Shown here: positions 51,401-61,564 of the stretch, piece by piece
Position numbering within the stretch: the first letter of the stretch is position 1
Layout: every line of letters starts with the position of its first letter
Source of the DNA: Ostrea edulis
Lineage: Eukaryota
Direction of reading: 5' to 3'
DNA length: 64,000 nucleotides
Assembly: GCF_947568905.1 (NCBI RefSeq)
Contig: NC_079164.1
Location: 109,306,001 to 109,370,000 of the forward strand
Position numbers and translations under genes: made by a program
Notes under the pieces: generated by a model
What the model was told of the DNA's origin: nothing
The model's input: only the letters and a program-made list of their open reading frames with translations
The model's database searches: none

Positions 51401-52251
51401 TCATACCGATTTCTCTCTACCAGGTGCACTTTCTTGCATTTCACACTGAAATGATTTCGTCCATGACATTTATTACAAGTTTTTCCCCATGCCGGACATA
51501 ATTCTTTCTTCCAGACATGTTTGTTTCCACAAAATTTGCACATTTTCTCTCCTCTGTCTTGTGGTGTACTTTGTGCTGTTTTCTTGTAAGGGAACTTGTT
51601 TGTACTTTTTCTGTTTCTTGGAGTTTGATGCTCACTAACTTTATGTACACTAGACTGGTTTTCCTTCTTCATTTTTTCTGCTTGTCTATTCGCTTGTTCA
51701 TAAGACTGACAAATTTTGATTGTTTTCTTAAGGTCCAAGTCATCATCCCTAAGAAGAAGCTGTTGCATTTTTCCTGAGCAACTGAATACAATCTTGTCTC
51801 TAATCATTCGATCCTCTTCTTTGAAATTACATGATGCCGCTTTTATTCTTAACTCAGTAAGAAACTGGTCAAAAGGTTCCACATACTTGGTACTCCAGAA
51901 TTTGTGCAATTCTGCCACTTCATTTCTACGAGGATTACAGTACTGTTCGATCTTGTTAAATACATCACCAGGCTTGTTTTTATCTTCATCTTGCGTCCAC
52001 TCAAAATGATCATAAATTTTAAGAAGTCTCTCACCTCCACAATTGATAATCGTCGCCGTCTGAATTTCCTCCGGTAGTTTCGTCGTACCGCTAGCAATCA
52101 GGTAAATTTCCACTTGTCGCTTCCATGATTTATAATTCTCCACTATATTACCAGTGAGAAGGTTTAATTCCGGTGGTAATCTTAAATTAGGATTTATCAA
52201 AGCACATGCATTTGCTTGAGCAGGAACTTCATTATCCTCAGGGGGTGCCAT
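48433..52251 (-). CDS. Gag-Pol polyprotein (K02A2.6-like Gypsy), 1272 aa
   Basis: Gag Cys/His knuckles (CKFCGNKH...C; CNKCHGRNHFSVKC), protease LDSGA, RT (IADDII), RNase H (TDSSKDGLGA, EKEAL, DHKPL), then integrase (HSAH...CYAC, GLDFF, SDGGPQF, NGKAESAVK). Domain order is Gypsy-type; no env. Confidence 0.97.
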   Translation of the reverse strand: MAPPEDNEVPAQANACALINPNLRLPPELNLLTGNIVENYKSWKRQVEIYLIASGTTKLPEEIQTATIINCGGERLLKIYDHFEWTQDEDKNKPGDVFNKIEQYCNPRRNEVAELHKFWSTKYVEPFDQFLTELRIKAASCNFKEEDRMIRDKIVFSCSGKMQQLLLRDDDLDLKKTIKICQSYEQANRQAEKMKKENQSSVHKVSEHQTPRNRKSTNKFPYKKTAQSTPQDRGEKMCKFCGNKHVWKKELCPAWGKTCNKCHGRNHFSVKCKKVHLVERNRYDESSDEDEHWLNAVNSLNCNNNSLTAVMNVNNCDVRFQLDSGAQTNTIQKKYVRKEQVRPSSSTLRVYDAAPLKTLGEVDLCVTNPKSGEVVNVTFAVVSNKLQSLLGLDVIKKMNLITVNGEKFISKLNTTSKSELGDLGEATLVIDSKIQPKTLPCRKLPLAIKDRVKAELDSLVDRGILIPVTTPTKWVNQMAVVHKANGKLRICLDPQALNSALLREHYKLPVLDDVLPKLQNAKLFSKLDVKEAYWHVKLDNESSLLTTMITPFGRYRWQRLPFGLKVSSEIFQRKLTEALGDIEGVFTIADDIIVTGCGDTILEAERDNKEKLKLLYSRCNEAKIILNDEKKEIGLQEITFHGHKVTSNGVKADDGKVKAIVDMPRPTDVSGVRRFCGMVQYMAKFIPSLSTTLEPLRKLTRKDTHWKWTDKCEKAFTDIKIQLTCTPILAYFNPDLELTVQTDSSKDGLGAVLLQGGKPIEYASRSLSSSQRKWAQIEKEALSILFGLEKFDQYTYGRKVINENDHKPLEVILKKPLSAAPRRLQDIMMKLNRYDITFKFIKGEDLVIADALSRATVEDPDDRPRIMNVCFDPDISDVRLEEISKATEKDPELQSLIAYITTGWPERKNLVEEPVKHYYDLRDTLSVHNDIIVKGEAIVIPKSLRSDVKRRLHSAHLGYDSMIRRVRGTVFWPNMQSDIKQIAENCYACQQMKARPTKTMLTQHDEGTKPWNKIGLDFFQVKNHTYLVSVDYYTNHIEVDLMSTTTSVKLIKTLKKQFSHFGIPSIIVSDGGPQFTSYEFSKFTTEWGIRHVTSSPNHQRANGKAESAVKIIKNMIIKCDKEGTDQFEALMEQRNTPRQDTGLSPCEMMFGRPTRTRLPKLILSKTSRNPKREQRKKSVKRYYNKTAYDKPTLKQNQSVFFERKEKEKWILGKIVDCLHNQTYIIQSQDGTTYRRNRLHIRPTEIEAVIRDKSPVRLENKRKPFQNTPLRKQ

Positions 52252-52377
52252 ACTTTCGCAATGCGGTCAAACGTGGAGTGGTACAACTGTAATTATTTTC
52301 AAATAATCACACATACATACAGTTTTTCTTCAGGAAACTCAAAGAAATAAATGTTCCATATCCTGTGACACTTTTTG

Positions 52378-52391
52378 CACCGCTGCCACCA
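52378..52391 (-). promoter_or_regulatory. Primer-binding site, tRNA-Leu type
   Basis: TGGTGGCAGCGGTG abuts the 5' LTR; complementary to the 3' end (...CACCGCTGCCACCA) of metazoan tRNA-Leu(AAG/TAG). Confidence 0.85.
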
Positions 52392-52541
52392 TGTTGATAA
52401 CGGCCAGAACGGACACTTTAGTACACGAGCATACAACACAGACTTCACAGGAAAACAGATTTATAAAGAACTGCGCATGCGTGCATTGCACTAAACTACG
52501 GAAACACATAATGAACATAATTACGATACATAATATCAACA
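52392..52541 (-). repeat. 5' LTR
   Basis: 150 bp, 149/150 identical to the 3' LTR. Confidence 0.97.
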
Positions 52542-53226
52542 CATTTCACAGTCATCGTCTAAAACAATGTTCATTTTCCTCTCACCTCGGAAGATGGGGG
52601 CGTTTACATGGAGATTACCCTGAATCCATGTGTCTCCAAACTCCGCGGTTCCTTCATCGTTCTCCAAATCTTCCCGGTTAAAACCTAGAAATTCTTTGTC
52701 TGAATCTTCATTTAGAAATATTTCTCTTTAAAAAAATCTCTATTCTCGGCATCTACTTGGTCTAAAATAGCGTTTCCATCCATCACATCTTCTACAACCT
52801 CCATCTTGTTCAAATCTCGTAACAAAGCACTCTACTCGGGTTTCGTTTTCTAATAATATGATATTAGTAATTCCCTGAATAAGCCAATCAACACAAAGAA
52901 ACAAAAATAAATTCTTCTGTTTTTAGTATTTCAAGTCGGGGTGAATAGATTCTCTTTATTTCATTGGTTAAAATAAGAAAGAAAACGTCATATGTTGAAA
53001 GTCGAAATATTGACGACCGGCAGTGAATGAAAAACATGGCGGTGCTCACTTTATCGACGACCGGCACTGTGAGCGTGTTATCTGGGTCGCCGATTTATCG
53101 ACGACCGGCAGTACAAGGGTTAAGAAATCGCAGACAAATCATTGATTTGAAGATGATTTGTAAGTGATGCAAATTCCCATGCAAATGAGCTAACAAATCA
53201 CTCTTAACAAATTGCAAGCAAATCAC

Positions 53227-54360
53227 TTTTTATACGCCCGTCTTAGGACGGGACGTATTATGTTATGGCCTTCATGTCCGTCCGTCTGTTAGCTTTTTCG
53301 TGTCCGGCTCATAACTTAAATACTATGAGGCCTAGAATAATCAAACTTTGTCAGATGATGCATCTTGGGTAGAAGGTGTGTCGCACATTAAAACCAGGTC
53401 GCTGTGACTTTTAATTAAGAAGATATGACCAAATATGGCAAAACCCTGTCCGACTCATAACTTGAAAACTATGAAACCTAGAATCACCAAACTTGGTCAA
53501 ATAATGCATCTTAGGTAGAAGGTGTGTCACACCCTACTTTAGGGTCACTGTGACATTTAATTAAGGATATTGTTTGTTTTTTTTTTTATAAAAAGTGTAT
53601 GTTTTAATGGGTACAATCCCTTCTGATCTAATGGTTTTTTTAGTAACCTTATTCAAAAATGTTACATCAAGAAAATACATATTTTTTAAGATATACTGTA
53701 CAGTTTTTTAAAGCCTTTATAATGTTTCTTTTGTTTCTAACAGTAACAAGAGAAATTCCACTTGTCCCATGGGGGTAGCATGCAAAGGGCATTTTGATAA
53801 GATTAATTAATGGGTTTAGTGTAAGAAGACTGTCTTAATCACTTCTGGTAGAGCATCTCTGATCAAGCAGGTGTTATCTATATCTCTAGGGAATTGGGCA
53901 GAAGGAATCTAAGCCTCTTAATTAGTAGTGATCTGTCTTGGTGGTTAGCCTTTATTTTCAAAATGAAGTTATCAAAATTAATTTGACATTGTACAATATA
54001 ATTTTTTAATTTTTTCTTTTCTTAGCAACCAACATGCAGAGTGTCATTTCTGAGTAAGATGAACAGATGGTTGCAATATGTATATAGGCATATTTTAATG
54101 ACAAGTAATTTGATGTTTTATTAAGATGTGGCAATAAAAAGATATACAATGAGCAAAGCTGCAGATTTGGCATTTGTTTAAATCCAAAACTACCAGTTGA
54201 AAAAATATAAAAATGCACTATTTGTTTTCATTAAAAAACTACAGCAGAGAGAAGTACATATAGCATTATGAATGATTTTCTTTCATCCACTCTTCTCTGT
54301 TTTGTGATAATTAAATAATGATTGACGGGCGTATCATGTGCTGTGGCGATGCACTTTATT
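53227..54360 (+). mobile_element. Helentron-like (HINE) element
   Basis: 5' TTTTTATACGCCCGTC..GACGGGACGTATTATG; 3' subterminal GACGGGCGTA (54324-54333) followed by a GTGC...GCAC hairpin and a T-run; internal tandem unit at ~53310 and ~53450. Confidence 0.75.
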
Positions 54361-54404
54361 TTTATTTTCTAGAATGTATAGACAATGCATGTATATATAA
54401 CTGC

Positions 54405-54640
54405 AAACAAATCACAACCAAATCACTCTGAATAAATTAACAAATCACTTCTGATTAACAAATCACTACCAAATCACTCTGAATAAATTGTTTACCATTC
54501 TCTTCTGTTTAACAAATCACCACCAAATCACTTAGAATAAATTGTTTACAAATCACTTCTGTTTAACAAATCACAACCAAATCACTTGGAATAAATTGTT
54601 TACAAATCAATATCAAATCACTCTGAATGAGTTGTTTACA
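54405..54640 (+). repeat. Degenerate AAATCAC-based tandem array
   Basis: More than 10 copies of (C)AAATCAC in units like AACAAATCAC(A/T)ACCAAATCACTCTGAATAAATTGTTT; the same motif occurs at 53135-53226. Confidence 0.8.
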
Positions 54641-55949
54641 AAATGCATATCATGCATTTTCATTTTACAATTAAACCACAATACTAGCTCCTCCTATAGC
54701 ACCACAATGTAGCAATGAAACAATTTTTAAAAAATGCATACTTTATAAAAATGACTTATGTGCAGTTCATACGTAGTTCTTATCAACTACATGCTCACAA
54801 TTTCCTTCAACTTGAGGCATATATATATTGGTTACAAAAGGAGATTTTTATGTCAACTTATTTACACAGAATAGGTGCATAAAACACATACTAAATGCAT
54901 GGCGCACAACAATTATCTAAAAATTATATTAAAAAAATAGGCATCATGCAACTAATCCCTGACCAAGGGCTTAATTGGCTAAATAAAGTGAAAGTTGCAT
55001 GTTTTTGGATGAATTAACCTTAAAAACCGAGGTCCCATGTTATGGCAGATAAAGACCCCTTGGTGCTCAATGAGGATTGGCCCAAGTGCAGAGTACAGTA
55101 CACAACACGAGTTTTATACACCCCACCATGGAAAGACCACAGTGGAAAATCCACAGAGATACACTGTGTCCTCCATGTTCCATGGTGTGTGTTATTTGCG
55201 AATACACACAGCTGCTAAGAGCTTTGTTCTGGCCATGGGCACCTTGTGGGAGATGTGAAAATGTGCTGCAGGCCAAATAATCAAGATAAGGGTGGAATTT
55301 TAAGAAAAGAAAAAAATGTCAATATTTTCCCCCCTGATACTTATATTGTTTTCCAGCATTTTGAGCCAATTCCAACGATACCAAACACTATATATTATGT
55401 TTTTAAGAAAACCTGGTTTTGAATTTATTTTTTTTAGTCTTCTTTTCTTCCTTAAAATATTCTTAAATTCTATGTTTAAATAATGCGTACTTGCAGGCAA
55501 TTCTTGTTTGAATGCGAATTAGTATATTCAGTAAATGAAAAACATACATGTACAACAGGTGATAGGGATATTTAATAATTACCGATGTGCTCTCTCTCTC
55601 TCTCTCTCTGACAAATGCGCTGTTTAACATAATTACTTTATTAGTAAAGGGGGTAGCAGTCTGAAACTGTCTCAATTCCCCCTTCCGACTTCAATTTCTT
55701 AAATCGTGCAGTGGGTAGGTCCTAAGCTAAATCCTTAACTTTCAAGCTTTTAAATTACACACTCTCCGATTCTACGTGCTTGTAATCAATATTTAAGGAT
55801 GTAAATCCTCGGTGTCAAATACATGTACAACTAGTTCATGAAAAAAGACTAATATCAATATAGACAGAAATAACTTAACGATTATTTGCTTTTATTCATA
55901 TACGCTATCGATTATTAAAATCTTTAATTTAATCTTTAGATACATTAGA

Positions 55950-55953
<4 letters not shown>

Positions 55954-55991
<38 letters not shown>
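55954..55991 (+). repeat. (GA)n microsatellite
   Basis: Uninterrupted GA run of ~19 units. Confidence 0.97.
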
Positions 55992-55993
<2 letters not shown>

Positions 55994-56743
55994 ATTGGTA
56001 ATCATTGATTATAATATTCATGAAAGTATGCAGATACGGGAAGTTTAAAACGTTCAGTATAAATCTTGAAAGGACAATATCTTTCTGATTAATTATCCAT
56101 CCCCTTTCATTCTGATATTTTTTTTTTAATTTCCCATTTTGCTTTCTTTACATGTTAAATTTTTCGGCTCGACCGGGTTAGGACTAATGAATTAGCACCC
56201 CCCCCCTTACAACGATGTTACGTGCTTAGCTGTCTATCTCTTTCTCAGTCAAAAATAAAATAAATACATGCTATATATACTGCAACATCATTGGATTTAC
56301 TGGATAATTCTTCGACTTCACTTTCATAATACATGTTAATGCAAGCGGGCTATCTAGGAATTTTTTCCCCATCTTCGCTAGCCAAGATTATTTGTACACG
56401 AAGGCACAGTTGACCCAAAACCCATTGCTAGTGGAGATGAGATGAATTTTACCCCCGTATTATGTTATAACTGACCAAAACCTAGTACGTTTGTTTTTCA
56501 ACTTTCATTCAGAGGACGCGCGTTTGTGAGTCACTGAATAAACGAGAAAACGTCTGCATTTTTATTTCAATCGTTGTCAACTCTATACTTTGTGATATTT
56601 CAAGACTACGGTACATGTACTGAATTCAATTTATTGGATCTCATCACCATTATGCAGTGGTATACAAAAATATAAAGACAAAAAGCTGTTTTATATACAT
56701 TTAGTAAATAATACATGCGTGTAATAAAGTATTTATCAAGTTA

Positions 56744-59700
56744 GGCCAGCATTTTTTTATTTTTAGGTTTACGAACCCAAGAATTATTAAGTCCCAGAGG
56801 AGGAGGAAATAAAAAAAAAAATAAAAATCCATATTTTGATTCATTATCGACTTTATTCTGTAATGTACATTTATTTTCGCTGTTTCTTTGATGCTCGTGT
56901 AACCGGCTCCTTTCCACTGGCTACACAGTGGTTACAAATGGGACGAACAAGATAGTTCGACCTTAAATTGTTTATTTCATCGTTATCAGCCAAATCTTCG
57001 TCTTTGCCACAATGAAAACACACAGACTCAAACACCTGGGCAGTTCCTGTTATAAATAATGAACTATTTTGATATTATGTTTGTCATAAGTTACCAACTA
57101 CCTCCATAGAGCATATATATTGTGAGGCTGTAGAATTGTAGACAATTTTCAAAATTCTCATAAAATGCATCAATTAAAATGAGTACCAGAATAGTATGTG
57201 GTCTCCATGGGGCTCTGACAATTCATCCCCTCCTTAACGATGATAATATCTTGGTAAGCACCACCAGGGAAAAGAGGGTTACCACATGAGTAAAGCAGCT
57301 CTTCCTTCACACGAGTGACTGCGGTTTCTTGCTCCCTAGTTAGTTTTGCAGCAGAATACACAACCCGTCTTTTTCCACAGTCATGGCAGACAACATAGTT
57401 GCGAACTTTGGCTATTAAATAAAAGAACAACATATGATGGATGAAATAAATAAAAACTTTACCATTTTTGATGTTACCAACATCGAAAATGGTAAAGAAT
57501 ATCAAATGAACTTGTTTTGAACACATTTTTTTTAAATATCAGATTGAACAACATTTAACAACTTAAAATGTACCCAGCAGAAGTTTAAACTTTGTTAACT
57601 GACACCATTTAAAATGATTTTCAAGTAAACATGTAACAAACCAGCAACAAGCATGGTCTTGAATTTTTTGTCTCTCTCTGTAAGTTCAGGTTTTTTGTGC
57701 AAAGAGGGTCTATCTGAATCTGATGTTTCAGTGCCATAAACTTCAGTAAATGGTTTGAATCTGCCATCACATCCCAATACTGGGTCAGGTAAGAAAGAAA
57801 GCTGTTCAAACACATCATGAGGAAGTCTAGGTGGGTTAATTGTGCAATATGAGCAGCAAGCATCCTTGCACTTCTTCAGCTGAAATTTATGATCCAGTGT
57901 CCTAGCCATATTATATTAGCAAGCAGGTAGAGTGTGCAATAGGAAAGTTAGTATACTAGCTGAGTATGAAAAAGCATGAAAGAATGAGTGTTCGTTACAA
58001 GATTAGTACATGCACTGTTTCTTTGATCAAGCTCAATTTAATGCATATCTAAGCTTCATAAATAATTAGGATACCAAAAGCTAGCAAGCTATTATTCTAC
58101 GAAGGGACATTAACTAATACTTCACACCATTATATGTCATTTTAACATGCAAAAATTACAATGCATATTACCATACCTGAAAGGAATACTGGCGAAACCT
58201 TGCATGTGACTTCATGAATGCATGAACCATCCTAGATTTTTCAAAGTTTGAAATATCTTCTGTTTTGTAGTCTTGATCGAGCACATGAATAATTTCAAGC
58301 AGATCTTTGATTTCTCCATCTGTTGCTGCACTGTGCACATGAGCAGGTTTTCCTTTTAGTTTAAGTTTCTGAAATCGTTCAGAAATAATAGTGATAGGCT
58401 CCTGAATAGAATCTATATAGTCAGTTTTGAAATCTGGATTTTTCTCAGCATATCTTCGTATGGAAGCAAGTGATGTCAATCGCTTTGCTTGTAGCTCTCT
58501 TCCCTCAGACATGGCTGTACGACAAAGGGCGGTATTCTGCAATGCAATATTCAAAATTGACATCATCCTCTCTGCAGGATTATTATAGCTTTGGTTTGGG
58601 GCTGTTCTAACACAGACTAGCAAGTCTAAATCCAAACTTATAAATTCCAGCAAAGCAGCAACTTGAACAGAGCGAAATGTTGTCCTGTGGTCAGGACCAC
58701 CATCTGTATAACGGAAGAGTATTGGCTTATCCAAATTCACATCATCATGACTATGAAACTCCCGCAAAATGTTGATGGTTTCCATACCATGCCTAAATGG
58801 AGTGGAGCTCTGGAATACCTTGTCTTTCAGTGTAATATGTAAGGTTCCTGAATGAAATGAATCTCTGGAATTTTCAGGAATAGACACTTGAAAGCACACT
58901 CAAGGTACCATCCCAGCAATGCTGTAATCGTGATCGAGACAAAGTAGGCCTTTGCTATTGCTAATTGTCAGTCCTTGATGATGTGCCCTAACACCAGTGG
59001 AAACAGGTCGGTATGGTTCACCTATGGGTACGATTGCTTTATCATCAAGACACTGCATGTGAGCAAATTCCCTGTACTGGACGGCCATGTCTTTCAACAT
59101 GTAGAACTGATGTAAGGCAAAGGATGCATCATCATGTTGTGCACGCAGCAATCGTTGCTGTACAGCATATTTAACATTGAATCTGCCGGTGTAGTTTGCT
59201 GCCGTTTTAGCCATTGGGTTAGATGGCATGAAATTCAGTCTGATCCAGGAATTTGAAGGAGTCGGATCACCTGGAGGAAGTCTTGCTTTCACTTGTTCTC
59301 GTAAATCATCAATAGAAATTGCAAATGGAAGATAGGATGTTGAATGCTGGCGGCGATCATCCACTGTTGAAACCTCCTCCAGTAACTTGGCAAGTTCATC
59401 CCAAAATGGTTGTAGCTTCGGGTCACAAGGACGGCCATTGTTTTTCCTAAGGTCCACTATTAAGTCTTCATCATCACTAGATAAAATAAACTTCAAGAAT
59501 CGTTCATCAACAGCTGCAGTGGTTTGATTCTCTGCACAGTATTCAAAATTTGTAAGCTTGAAGAACATATTTCTCAGTTCATATGGTTTCAGATTCGGAT
59601 ATCTTTCAAAAAACTCTTTCCTTATTGCTCTGGTAGAAAACACAGGCATTTTGTCCTTAATGTGAGTCACTACTTCAAGTTCTTTTTCAGCACTTCTTTC

Positions 59701-61564
59701 ATTTGCACATGGTATTTTCCATAAAAAAAGTGAATTGCCAATGTAGTTCCCAAAACTGATTGAAAACAATGATACTGGAAATGGTAACACGCTCTCTATC
59801 TTCATTCTCCATTTGCGCCTATCACTCACCTCACTAGGTTCAAAATTGTCTAATGGGACTGCTTCGTAAGTATCCAAGGTTTCAAGTTTTGAAATAAGGG
59901 ATTTACAGTCAGTTGGTACAGACTGACCTGGATTACCTGAAATATTAAATATATTTAACAAATTTTGTTTGTGAGAAAATGATGAAAAATTGTCAGATGC
60001 CTTTTATTTATATATTAAAGAAATCTTTAGGCCTTCCTTGTATTGAAATTTCTTTGATGACACGTACATTGTACCATTATTTTGGCCCTTGCTATTCAAA
60101 ACTTTGACCTTGTGATGATGTTTTAAATACTGACCCTCTATAGACTTTAAGGACCAATTGTCGTTGAGAGATCTAACAGGTGTAGGGGATGCATGGTTTT
60201 GGTTGGTACGCTCCTGCTGATTTGCTAGAAATTTATGGTATTTCTCCAATGCCTTGTACAGACCATTCACACATTTGTAAAATACTTGAAAGCGAGGATT
60301 CGTCCACCATGGATACATCAGTACCTCTGCTAAGGCATCTAGACTGGCCTTAAGTTCTGGCTCTTTCATCTGTAAAAACAATTTAGTCACTGTATGTTGT
60401 TGTTATCCTATTTCTAAATAAAATATTGAAGTATTTCAGTAAAAACTAAGACACCCTGGACATGTTTGTTATTTTTTTTTTTTTTTTTCAAAACAATAAT
60501 CCAAAATATCAAATATCATTTTCACATAGCAATCAAGTTTACCTGTACACCAACATATTTTTTATGACACTTTTTCAAATCTCTGTATCCACAAAAGTAG
60601 AGCTCGTCTGGGATCTTGCAGGATCTTTCCTTCATTTTGTCAAGAAAAGGGTCAATAAACCAAAGAGTTTCCACTAGAGTGTTGATGATCTTTGATCCAA
60701 TATCCTGCTGTTGTCTACGAAAACCAACTTGAAAGGTATCCATACATTTCTGAAGAACATCATTATAGAGCTTGTCCTTATTGTTTGATGGTGTCCTTCT
60801 ACAAAATTTTAACAAAAATTCAAAAACTTTGAAATAAAATTTCAAGAGGAACACTATAGCTATATACATGTAAAGTGAAAGTAGCTCAAAAAGAGGATTT
60901 GCTCGTACATTGCATTTTAATATTGCCGACTTTTAAAATTACATGGTTTTTTGTTGTTGTTGTTTTCTTTTTTTTTTTTTTTAGGGTTTTTATTACTTGA
61001 TAAGAACTTACTTGGGTGGGGGCAGCCAGTCATAAACTCTGTTTACATCATGGAGCACATCAAAAGCATTTCGTTTAGTTGGTTCGGGAACTGCCTTGGC
61101 GTTGTTTTCATAGTATACCACTAAGTATCGCACCCCAAATGCAGCGACAGTATGCATTGGCATGTCGTTCGGTATTTGCATCGCATTTTCACTCTGCCTT
61201 GAATTTGCTTCATCTGGGTCAGTCTTAAAACCCTCAATTTTCACCAAATGCCTCATCTCACCAACATACCCCTGAACAACAAATTCCCCAGCAAGTTGGG
61301 TGTCCTCCGATCGAGCGAAAACTTTCCGAACGGCACTCCCGTCGATATATTTAATACTAAACCAGGCCATACACGTTTTCTCCATCAAAGCGCCATGTTT
61401 TCATCAACCGGAAATACGAGTTCGTAAATTCAAAATCTCGATCCCGATACAAATTTGACATCGGAAAGAAAAAAAATCCCAATTTTCTCAATTTTATTTT
61501 TTTTCTGAAAATTCGAAAAAGCGAGCGGCGGGTTTGTAAACCTAAAAATAAAAAAATGCTGGCC
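56744..61564 (-). mobile_element. Zator-like DNA transposon (4821 bp)
   Basis: 35-bp TIR GGCCAGCATTTTTTTATTTTTAGGTTTAC(G/A)AACCC, 34/35 match (56744-56778 / 61530-61564); TTA TSD on both sides. GG termini with a TWA TSD are Zator hallmarks. Confidence 0.88.
56871..61385 (-). pseudogene. Spliced Zator-like DDE transposase, 7 exons, 1087 codons, one in-frame TGA
   Basis: Exons 61385-61012, 60798-60543, 60369-60135, 59936-58177, 57879-57642, 57411-57187 and 57046-56871; all introns GT-AG with matching phases (2,0,1,0,1,1); total 3264 nt. Motifs LDDKAIVP, LDHDY, YTDGGPDH, TAP..S..NPAER; Cys-rich C-terminus. TGA at 58900-58902. Confidence 0.85.

Larger units (their letters stand above)
47875..52541 (-). 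mobile_element. Intact Ty3/Gypsy LTR retrotransposon (4667 bp)
   Basis: 150-bp LTRs with TGTTGATA...TATCAACA ends, 5-bp TSD CATTT (47870-47874, 52542-52546), PBS, PPT and a single intact gag-pol ORF. Confidence 0.97.
45984..53119 (-). mobile_element. Decayed piggyBac interrupted by a Gypsy insertion
   Basis: Perfect 13-bp TIR CCCTTGTACTGCC (45984-45996 / 53107-53119); TTAA on the right, ATAA on the left. Transposase from ATG 52804 to 46510 reads ...DDDCEM|VEFFKL across the Gypsy; AIDEGMI, YVD; CRD CPVC...CKICDIGLCVDPCFKLYH. Confidence 0.93.

Noticed and set aside
52378-52391. tRNA gene
   Set aside because: Only the 14-nt primer-binding complement is present; no cloverleaf was found here or elsewhere in the window.
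10389-53127. Pokey-like, sequence-specific targeting of the piggyBacs (e.g. into rDNA or a repeated site)
   Set aside because: Flanks of the TTAA sites (10393, 22805, 32686, 39801, 45980 and the right ends) share nothing beyond TTAA, and no rRNA sequence is recognisable.
58900-58902. Selenocysteine or programmed readthrough at the Zator TGA
   Set aside because: The position most simply derives from Ser (TCA) by one substitution; it is not a catalytic Cys site and no SECIS is evident.
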